A DNA stretch of 32,000 bases from assembly GCF_000012805.1 (NCBI RefSeq), contig NC_007484.1:3330001-3362000 (forward strand), given 5' to 3'. The stretch comes from Nitrosococcus oceani ATCC 19707. GTDB lineage: Bacteria; Pseudomonadota; Gammaproteobacteria; Nitrosococcales; Nitrosococcaceae. The notes below the pieces were generated by a model. The model was not told the DNA's origin, did not search any database, and saw only the letters and a program-made list of their open reading frames with translations. The translations under genes were made by a program, and so were the position numbers. Shown here piece after piece: positions 1 to 5,830 of the stretch (the first letter of the stretch is position 1; the number at the start of each line of letters is the position of its first letter).

Positions 1-196
1 GGAGTCGGCGGTCGTCGTATTCCACGACGGCTGTACTGTCTGTGGGATATGAAACCATGATTGTTTCCCCACTTTCACACTGGTACTTGAAGGACAAGTC
101 TGCATCGCTGGACTGCTCCGTGGACGCGGTGCCACCAGTCGATGGTTGCCCGCAAGCGGACAGGAAGACAATAAGAACAATAGACAAAAAACGCAT
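1..196 (-). CDS. MliC-like lipoprotein, N-terminal part (runs off the left edge)
   Basis: Hand translation from ATG at 196: MRFLSIVLIVFLSACGQPSTGGTASTEQSSDADLSFKYQCESGETIMVSYPTDSTAVVEYDDRRL. Lipobox LSAC. GGGAGG lies 11 nt upstream. The Y-x-C ... V-x-Y pattern resembles the membrane-bound lysozyme inhibitor MliC. Not on the ORF track because it is open at the window edge. Confidence 0.5.
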   Translation of the reverse strand, partial: MRFLSIVLIVFLSACGQPSTGGTASTEQSSDADLSFKYQCESGETIMVSYPTDSTAVVEYDDRRL

Positions 197-222
197 GGTA
201 TTTCTAACCTCCCTAAATTGCG

Positions 223-282
223 GCATAACGTACGAGCTCACCGGGGGCGTGCTAGCGACCCCGGTGCAGCACCAAGTTAGAC
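223..282 (-). mobile_element. integron attC recombination site (60 bp)
   Basis: GCATAAC-GTACGA-GCTCACC-(20 nt)-GGTGCAGC-ACCAA-GTTAGAC. RYYYAAC-like box at 223-229, GTTRRRY box at 276-282. Stem CACCGGGG/CCCCGGTG. One extra base in the right-arm 8-mer. Lies 20 nt 3' of the ORF ending at 303. Confidence 0.75.
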
Positions 283-302
283 ATCTACTGCTGTGACAGT
301 GG

Positions 303-530
303 CTACTTGGTGAGTTCAGACACATGCTCTTCCTCATAACGTTCGATTAGCACCCCCACAATCTCCATCAGCGAAGCTAGCGGGTGCGCCTCGTCTTCTC
401 CGACTTCATCGATCAAACTGTCAAGGAATGAAACCAGCCGCTCATACTCTTCCTCCGTGTGCGGTACGTAGATCATTCTGGCCATCGGTGGCCAAGCGTT
501 GAGTACCTTGTCAACTTCGATAGTTTGCAT
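303..530 (-). CDS. HigA-like antitoxin N-terminal-domain protein (no HTH; probably a truncated antitoxin)
   Basis: 75 aa from ATG at 530, with AAGGAG 7 nt upstream; the ORF-track start at 545 is a GTG. EEEYERLVSFLDSLIDEV...LIERYEEEH aligns by eye with KRDYQKTLDLIEELMTEA...VEEYESKQ of the HigA at 2276-2743, but the protein stops before the HTH part. Confidence 0.5.
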   Translation of the reverse strand: MQTIEVDKVLNAWPPMARMIYVPHTEEEYERLVSFLDSLIDEVGEDEAHPLASLMEIVGVLIERYEEEHVSELTK

Positions 531-532
531 AC

Positions 533-634
533 CTACTCCTTCCACTTTCCCTGATTGTACTCCGCGTGTGTAAGCACCGCCCGGATGTAGAGCTTGCGAC
601 GATTGTAATGAATCGCTGCGATCAGAGGAGCCGC
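533..634 (-). pseudogene. higB toxin 3' remnant (N-terminal two thirds missing)
   Basis: The minus frame reads AAPLIAAIHYNRRKLYIRAVLTHAEYNQGKWKE*. This matches the C-terminus of the intact HigB at 2743-3054 (LIAAIQFVHQHVYVKHIVTHAEYDR). The frame is closed upstream by a TAG formed inside the attC box (635-637). Its stop lies 2 nt before the ATG at 530. Confidence 0.65.
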
Positions 635-693
635 CTAACGCCGGGAATCAGCAGCGCGCCGTCAGGCGCGTCCGCTACATTGACTTGTTGGGC
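633..693 (-). mobile_element. integron attC recombination site (61 bp)
   Basis: GCCTAAC-GCCGGG-AATCAGC-(21 nt)-GCTACATT-GACTT-GTTGGGC. Perfect RYYYAAC and GTTRRRY boxes, central GCGCGCC/GGCGCGTCC stem. Located just 3' of the hydrolase gene. Confidence 0.8.
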
Positions 694-776
694 AATCACT
701 GCTCCAACATGGATTGGAGTGAGTAAAAAAGGGGGATGGATACCCTCAAAATGGTGCTTTCTCAGCCCTGTGAAAC

Positions 777-1816
777 CTATCCGTGACATTCCCACTCAGG
801 CCGATATTGTCCGGATTTAGCACCATTACCGGTGCACCTGGGTTTCAGGTCAAATTTCGTAAGATCTGCCCAGATCACATTCGGTGCAGTCGTCAATTCA
901 AAATAGTAGCGCTTAGTGTCGAGATCGGTCACCGTACGGTACTCAGTATTGTAGATACCAAAGCTCTGGTAGGGTGCACCAAATGGCACCGATACGTTGC
1001 GCATAATGGACAGTATAGAAGCGACTTCCTCGCGTTCGTCCTTCGGCTTGGGTAACAATGCCGAGAAATAAGACGCCCGCTGGAAACGATCCGTAGCACT
1101 GACATTGCCGGGTAACGGGGTGTTACTGCTTGGATGCGTGAAATCAACCTCTTTTTTCATCTTCTGCAGCAACGCGAGTTGCTGATCATAGCTTGGATCG
1201 TTGGTCATGACCCGATATTGACGGCCATGATGAATGACCAGCTTGCCGTTAATGTACTCGAGGATAGCAGAATCACCCGTGGCATCTTCCAAGGCCAGGT
1301 GAACCGTGGCCTTGTGTCCGTGCATCTCGACCATCACCGGCTGGATCTTCTTGAGCAGGGGCAATGCTTGATCAACTGTCGCCCCATTGTCCAGTGCATA
1401 CTGCCCCCATAGACCAGCCTGTACACCCGGCTTGCTGGGATCGCGTGGCCCAAAATCCGTATTTTCGAGGTACAGCATGTGAATTGCTAGCCCGGCTTCA
1501 TTAAAGCCGTCAGCGGTGCCAATGCCGTAAACTGGGACCACCATACTGGCATATTTGGATGTCCACTTGGCTGGATTCACCTTGACCGCAGTCTCCGTAC
1601 CGAGGAGGCCCCCATCCCGTTTCATTCCACGTGGAAAGACCACGATCTCCGGCTGGGTAGACTCCGGCCAGTCCATCGTCCTCCCCACCACGACGTTCAG
1701 CCCGCTGTCGTTCCAAAGAACACGCGTACAGGCATCGGCGGCCTGCAAGAAAACAAGTCCCACAACCACGAAAATAGCTGCACTTGCCACGGTTCGGTAA
1801 ATCATCTGTCGGTTCA
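777..1816 (-). CDS. secreted choloylglycine hydrolase / penicillin V acylase family Ntn-hydrolase (3' end possibly frameshifted)
   Basis: Start moved to ATG 1816 (AAGGAGG SD upstream). Signal peptide ...VFLQAADA followed by CTRVLWND, i.e. the N-terminal nucleophile Cys typical of linear amide C-N hydrolases. Family-like body (GRTMDW, NEAGL, TNDPSY). Confidence 0.8.
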
Positions 1817-1886
1817 TGGTGCACCTCCTTTGGTGAGAAAACGATCGTTGATGACTTCGGCCGGCAGACAGCACCGGTCGTTTGAA

Positions 1887-1958
1887 GCCCAACGCTTGGA
1901 CTCAACTGTCGGCAGCCCGCGTAACGGGTTGGCGGTCAGCTGCAGCAAATTGTTGGAT
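1887..1958 (-). mobile_element. attC-like site (72 bp, symmetric arms)
   Basis: GCCCAAC-GCTTGG-ACTCAAC-TGTCGGC ... GCGGTCA-GCTGCAG-CAAATT-GTTGGAT. Both boxes fit the consensus and the arms pair partially (CTGTCGGC vs GCGGTCAG). No clear extra base, so orientation cannot be called from this site alone. Confidence 0.5.
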
Positions 1959-2162
1959 CTCATATTTTCTGCCACGCTGATTGTTAAATATAGCGAATGC
2001 GATGCCACTGATTAATAAAGGTGCGAGAAATAGTGGCCCCTCGGACAAAGTAATGGGGCTCCCCCAAAGTGCTAAGCCACAAAAAACCATAGTAATTGAG
2101 CTGGCTAAAGATGCGCCTTTCCAAGCAGTGAATGCAGCTAAAGGCACTATAAAAACCATCAT
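1902..2162 (-). CDS. small hydrophobic membrane protein (hypothetical)
   Basis: 86-aa ORF with 2-3 hydrophobic segments. No family recognised. Its 3' end runs into the attC-like site, as is common for cassette ORFs. Confidence 0.35.
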   Translation of the reverse strand: MMVFIVPLAAFTAWKGASLASSITMVFCGLALWGSPITLSEGPLFLAPLLISGIAFAIFNNQRGRKYEIQQFAAADRQPVTRAADS

Positions 2163-2227
2163 AAAGAACCGCAGGTGTGAATGGAGCTATCACCATTAAG
2201 GCTATGAGAGATGATGTGTCAGTCGAG

Positions 2228-2298
2228 ACCTAAGCGGTGATTCGGAGTACCCTTTTTTTTATATGCGGTCAAACGTCATCTGCAGCGATTTGTTAGGT
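2228..2298 (-). mobile_element. degenerate attC-like site
   Basis: Right arm TCTGCAGC-GATTT-GTTAGGT (2279-2298) matches the right arms of other attCs here (GCTGCAGT-GAATT-GTTATAC; ...GATTT-GTTAGGC). Left box ACCTAAG (2228-2234) has G instead of the final C, and arm pairing is poor. Overlaps the higA 3' end. Confidence 0.3.
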
Positions 2299-2743
2299 CC
2301 GCCCCAAAAAACACCGCCGGGCTTACGCCGAAACGGCCTGATAGCTTGGCAATATGCTCTTTAGTAAGCGACCGCTGCCCAGACAAAATCATAGACACCA
2401 AAGACTTAGAGCCTATTTCTTCACGCAGCCCAGATGCTCCCAGCGCATGCTGCTCCATAAGCAATCTTAATGCTGAAACACCAGGATCAATACCTTCAGC
2501 CTCCTTGTGGAACTGAACCATCTTGTCCTGTTTTGATTCATACTCCTCAACAGCGCCAGCCAGTATCTTGATGAGGTCATTCAACGGATCTAATCTAGAA
2601 TCTTCCGCTTCGGTCATGAGTTCTTCAATCAGATCCAAGGTTTTCTGATAGTCACGCTTGTTGCGGATATGGATAAAGCGATGGGCTGCTTGGGAAAAAT
2701 GAGAAAAACTATCAGCCACTTTCCGATATTCGGTAGTAAGCAT
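2276..2743 (-). CDS. higA: HigA family antitoxin (XRE-type HTH)
   Basis: 155 aa. The C-terminal IGSKSLVSMILSGQRSLTKEHIAKLSGRFGVSPAVFF closely resembles E. coli HigA (IGSKSMVSRVLSGKRKLTLEHAKKLATRFGISPALF). The start overlaps the higB stop by 1 nt. Confidence 0.85.
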   Translation of the reverse strand: MLTTEYRKVADSFSHFSQAAHRFIHIRNKRDYQKTLDLIEELMTEAEDSRLDPLNDLIKILAGAVEEYESKQDKMVQFHKEAEGIDPGVSALRLLMEQHALGASGLREEIGSKSLVSMILSGQRSLTKEHIAKLSGRFGVSPAVFFGADLTNRCR

Positions 2744-3054
2744 TATAATTCTCCTTTGAGGTATCTTGAGTTCAACCTGTCGTATTCGGCATGCGTCACG
2801 ATATGCTTCACGTAGACGTGTTGATGTACAAACTGAATCGCAGCGATTAGGCGTAAATTATTGCCACCTATATCTATGGCCCACCAACGCTTCTTATGCT
2901 TAAAGTTGTCCAATGATGGGAAAACAATTCTAAGCTCAGATGGGCTGGAAAAACTGCCCCGCCGTAAGACGTTGTACGTATCCATAATCGACTGTCGGTC
3001 ATTCGGATATTTCTTAACAGCTTCGCTAAAAGGTTGCTTAGATATGACGTGCAC
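2743..3054 (-). CDS. higB: HigB family type II toxin (mRNA interferase)
   Basis: 103 aa, GTG start. The MHVISKQPF...YPN...W...F...F...IGGNNLRLIAAIQF...VYVKHIVTHAEYDR pattern is typical of HigB_toxin family proteins. Toxin-first order with higA. Confidence 0.85.
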   Translation of the reverse strand: MHVISKQPFSEAVKKYPNDRQSIMDTYNVLRRGSFSSPSELRIVFPSLDNFKHKKRWWAIDIGGNNLRLIAAIQFVHQHVYVKHIVTHAEYDRLNSRYLKGEL

Positions 3055-3067
3055 GCCAATCCCATAA

Positions 3068-3084
3068 GTTCACTATAAGTGAAC
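3068..3084 (-). promoter_or_regulatory. palindromic putative higBA operator
   Basis: GTTCACT-ATA-AGTGAAC, a perfect 7-bp inverted repeat 14 nt upstream of the higB start. On the minus strand it contains a TATAGT -10-like hexamer. Confidence 0.45.
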
Positions 3085-3132
3085 GCTAACACGGCCACCG
3101 ACCGTTTACAATATGCGGCCGTCGTGGCGCGC

Positions 3133-3313
3133 GCCTAACGAGTCGAAGTTGAGCGGCACCCCCGACTTGGGCAAATGAGGGTTCATTCCTTCTTCGGAGT
3201 TAGTAGTCTTTTGTTGTGTAATAACGTTTAAAAGAAGCTGATTTTAGACCCTCATTTGCCCAACCAAGGGGGCGAAGCCGCGAAGCGGTGTCCGCTCCAA
3301 CGATTTGTTAGGC
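3133..3313 (-). mobile_element. long integron attC site (181 bp) with extended inner hairpin
   Basis: GCCTAAC at 3133-3139 and GTTAGGC at 3307-3313. Outer arms GAGTCGAAGTTGAGCGGCACC / GGTGTCCGCTCCAACGATTT are complementary with bulges. Inner arms CTTGGGCAAATGAGGGT (3165-3181) / ACCCTCATTTGCCCAAC (3249-3265). Confidence 0.65.
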
Positions 3314-3341
3314 GCTGACTGCAGCGACGCTTCGTCCCGGA

Positions 3342-3905
3342 TTAATTCAATGATGACACCACCGTCTCAAGCTTGCTAGATAGCTGAAAGTTAACCAGAT
3401 TCTCCTTCAGTGGCGTTGGCATAGCGCGGAAGGCTATATACGTATTGATCTGCATGTTCACAGCTGAAATCTCGTAGACATCATCTTGGAACCGCCGTGC
3501 CTCATGCTCCCGAAACCATTGCAGAATATGAGACAGATGCCAGATTGAAGGCTTGCCCTCGTGAGCAGGTTGCGGAAAATCTGCTTCGTTCGCAACGATC
3601 AGCTGCCGCATGTGTTGACGAGAAAACCCAAACATTTCTGCGACATCGGTTATTCCCACATAGTCAGGCGTGGCTTCAACAAGTCGGGAACCCGGAATAG
3701 CTTTTTGCACCGAAAAAATGGCACTTGAAACGGCATCTGCTGCGGATTGTGCAGACCGAGTAAAGTTCAGTGCGATGCGGCCATGCTGCCCAAGACCCAC
3801 CGCAGCATCATCACAGCCGGCAGCCTCCAAAGCCGCCAGATAAACCTCTGGATTTTCAGATGAGTTTTCCAGCCGGAATTTCAGGGTGAACTCGTACTCT
3901 TGCAT
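3342..3905 (-). CDS. DNA-binding (HTH-like) protein, putative antitoxin-like partner
   Basis: Likely start at ATG 3905 (GAGGA SD 8 nt upstream; the track start at 3920 is a GTG). N-terminal MQEYEFTLKFRL...AAGCDDAAVGLGQHGRIALNF fold-like module, then VGITDVAEMFGFSRQHMRQL, an HTH-like segment. Starts 4 nt after the stop of the upstream small ORF. Confidence 0.55.
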   Translation of the reverse strand: MQEYEFTLKFRLENSSENPEVYLAALEAAGCDDAAVGLGQHGRIALNFTRSAQSAADAVSSAIFSVQKAIPGSRLVEATPDYVGITDVAEMFGFSRQHMRQLIVANEADFPQPAHEGKPSIWHLSHILQWFREHEARRFQDDVYEISAVNMQINTYIAFRAMPTPLKENLVNFQLSSKLETVVSSLN

Positions 3906-3909
3906 AGAT

Positions 3910-4170
3910 TCAGTCCTCACTATTCAACATGTCAATGTTGATGCAGCGATCTACTACCCGCCGAAGCTGACGAGCGTGATTCGAAGGATTTCGAGGTGTG
4001 CTCCAAATGCTGGTGATACAAAATTCTCCGCAACGGCAACCCGCATCATTGGCTGGGCAGTACATCTTTCCCCAAGCATGGGAACCACCTACCTCAATGC
4101 GCCAGCCCTTCGCCTCTGCATGTTGAAGCGCCAGTTCGATTTCCTGTTTGGAATGTCGGGTTCTGGGCAT
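3910..4170 (-). CDS. small Cys/His-rich protein, putative toxin-like partner (family not recognised; weak HicA-like GSH motif)
   Basis: 86 aa with a strong SD (GGAGG, 4 nt spacer, ATG). GWRIEVGGSHAWGKMYCP...CRCGEFCITSIWSTPRNPSNHA. Tightly coupled to the downstream HTH protein. Confidence 0.5.
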   Translation of the reverse strand: MPRTRHSKQEIELALQHAEAKGWRIEVGGSHAWGKMYCPANDAGCRCGEFCITSIWSTPRNPSNHARQLRRVVDRCINIDMLNSED

Positions 4171-4216
4171 TTCGCCTCCATCCTCTCAATGCATAAGGAT
4201 GAGCCCAAGCGTTGAA

Positions 4217-4232
4217 GTTGTCAAATGACAAC
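4217..4232 (-). promoter_or_regulatory. palindromic putative operator of the 3342-4170 module
   Basis: GTTGTCA-AA-TGACAAC, a perfect 7-bp inverted repeat 47 nt upstream of the ATG at 4170 and just inside the cassette boundary. Confidence 0.4.
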
Positions 4233-4239
4233 AAGAAGC

Positions 4240-4357
4240 GCCTAACGGAGCGAATCCGCGAAGCGGTGTCCACTCCAACGGGAGATAGGCGGTGCAAAGC
4301 GCGGAAGGAACCAAACCGCGTAGCGGTTTGGCAGTCGGCTGGAGCGCCTAGTTAGAG
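4240..4357 (-). mobile_element. composite / degenerate attC region
   Basis: GCCTAAC at 4240-4246 and GTTAGAG at 4351-4357. 4252-4290 (GAATCCGCGAAGCGGTGTCCACTCCAACGGGAGATAGGC) is a near copy of the right arm of the 3133-3313 attC, with its core mutated to GATAGGC. Perfect 9-bp hairpin CCAAACCGC-GTA-GCGGTTTGG at 4311-4331. Confidence 0.45.
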
Positions 4358-4692
4358 CAAAACGTCGCAGATCCAAGAAAAAAACTAGGAAGCCAAAACA
4401 AACCTATAAGGGCTTCCGGCGTACAAATTATGTAGCTTATCGTGCCTTTAGAGTAACCGGGGATAAATAAGTAATGTGATCCTTCAAAACGATCCGCTAT
4501 GTATTTGCCCAGGCTAAGGAGATAATTATTAATATTATGATCAAAGAAGATAAATACAGCAGTAGAAATAACGCCAAACCCTTTGAGCGCAAAAACTTCC
4601 CAGCGAGTTTGTTGGCCGAACAAATTGCCAAATACCGAAAAGACTAGCCCAGCGGTTATGGTGACATAAAGCGTAAAGAGCACGAAACGCAT
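4348..4692 (-). CDS. two-TM membrane protein (hypothetical; possibly 5'-truncated)
   Basis: First ATG after the IS remnant/hairpin is at 4692 (MRFVLFTLYVTITAGLVFSVF...). The upstream part of the 173-aa track ORF overlaps IS5-derived sequence in another frame. The stop abuts the GTTAGAG box. Confidence 0.45.
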   Translation of the reverse strand: MRFVLFTLYVTITAGLVFSVFGNLFGQQTRWEVFALKGFGVISTAVFIFFDHNINNYLLSLGKYIADRFEGSHYLFIPGYSKGTISYIICTPEALIGLFWLPSFFLGSATFCSN

Positions 4693-4751
4693 ATTTCCAT
4701 AATGGCGCGCTGTTGCCAATACTTCGGCTATTTTCTGGTTATTTCGGTCTG

Positions 4752-4809
4752 CTGGCAAACATACTACGCCCGTTGCCGCTGTGGCAAACAGGCGTAGTAT
4801 GTTTGTCAG
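4752..4809. repeat. 58-nt palindromic hairpin element
   Basis: CTGGCAAACATACTACGCC (4752-4770) pairs with GGCGTAGTATGTTTGTCAG (4791-4809), 19 bp with one mismatch. An inner TTGCC/GGCAA stem sits in the loop. Confidence 0.6.
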
Positions 4810-5053
4810 TCGTACAGTACCTCTTCCATGGCTGGGTCTGACGAATTGTACCCCTGTTGCATGAAGCAAATACGCAGCATCCGCGCTAGACCGATCAGCC
4901 GACGGCCGCCATCCTGTGGGCTGGGGTAGTACGGCGTCAGCTCTTTGGCTAAGGCCCGCCGGGAGTTATCTGCTCCATTTCCTCCAAAAACCGTCCTTAG
5001 CGGGTCTTCTTGCCGTGCTTATCGAATCCGCCGCTGAAGCTTTTCTGGCGCAT
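4806..5053 (-). pseudogene. IS5-family transposase N-terminal remnant
   Basis: The minus strand reads MRQKSFSGGFDKHGKKTR*GRFLEEMEQITP, then after a frameshift RRALAKELTPYYPSPQDGGRRLIGLARMLRICFMQQGYNSSDPAMEEVLYD. This is the typical IS5-group N-terminus (..KKTRRE.FL.EM...PW..L...P.YP....GR.P..L..MLR..F.Q....SD...E..LYD). Similarity ends at the hairpin. Confidence 0.7.
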
Positions 5054-5136
5054 AGGCTTGTCCCAGCTTGATGATTGCCGGCATTATTTCATGGTGAGAG
5101 AATTAATCAGACCATCCTTAAATTAAGTGGAGCATT

Positions 5137-5604
5137 ATGCGGCTTTGGTCATTACATCCTCAATATCTTGATGCTAAAGGCTTGGTCGCCCTATGGCGAG
5201 AAGCGCTACTGGCGCAAGCTGTTTTGGCAGGTCTAACTCGTGGCTATAAGCATCATCCACAACTTGTTCGTTTTAAAGAAACTGAGCGGCCCAGAGGTTA
5301 TATTGCCTCTTACTTACAGGCCGTACTTGTTGAGGCTTCCCGTCGCAGCTATTGCTTCAATGGAGAGAAAATCGGCCAACTTGGTTCCGTTGAAGCGCTG
5401 CTAGTCACGAAGGGCCAGCTAAATTATGAGTGGGTACACTTAAAGAATAAACTCCAATTCCGCGATCCCTCTTGGCTATTCCAGTTTCAAAGCGTTACGA
5501 TGCCTAAACCGCACCCGCTGTTCCAGATAGTGGCGGGTCCCGTTGCGAAGTGGGAAGCTATCTCTGCCCAACAGAGCACTCAATCTGGCCGCCTTAACCG
5601 CTAG
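5137..5604 (+). CDS. pyrimidine dimer DNA glycosylase / endonuclease V family protein
   Basis: MRLWSLHPQYLDAKGLVALWREALLAQAVL...GYKHHPQLVRF is the characteristic N-terminus of the Pyr_excise family, as I remember it. Confidence 0.75.
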   Translation: MRLWSLHPQYLDAKGLVALWREALLAQAVLAGLTRGYKHHPQLVRFKETERPRGYIASYLQAVLVEASRRSYCFNGEKIGQLGSVEALLVTKGQLNYEWVHLKNKLQFRDPSWLFQFQSVTMPKPHPLFQIVAGPVAKWEAISAQQSTQSGRLNR

Positions 5605-5668
5605 GGCAGTTAAGGTTACTTCCACGTCCTTGGGCCGCTCCGGCAGCAAGTTAGCTTAGGCGTTAGGC
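5592..5668. mobile_element. possible attC relic
   Basis: Ends AGTTAGCT-TAGGC-GTTAGGC (core at 5662-5668), like the other right arms. The left side has only CCTTAAC (5592-5598) and poor arm complementarity. Confidence 0.2.
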
Positions 5669-5830
5669 ATTGCAAGATCCGCTGTGCTCATATACCCCTT
5701 AGTTTTAACACTGAAACCACAAAAAAGTCCCTGCGGCATGAGGGCCGGTTATTTATGGAAAACGTGTACCTGTCGGGTTATGCCACAGAAAGCCTATCAA
5801 TTTTCTTTTTTATGACTTAATTTTTTAGCA

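Noticed and set aside
42-296. 84-aa plus-strand ORF at the left edge; also 566-820 and 783-1055.
   Set aside because: They run antisense to the lipoprotein and hydrolase genes and across attC sites. No SD and no family resemblance.
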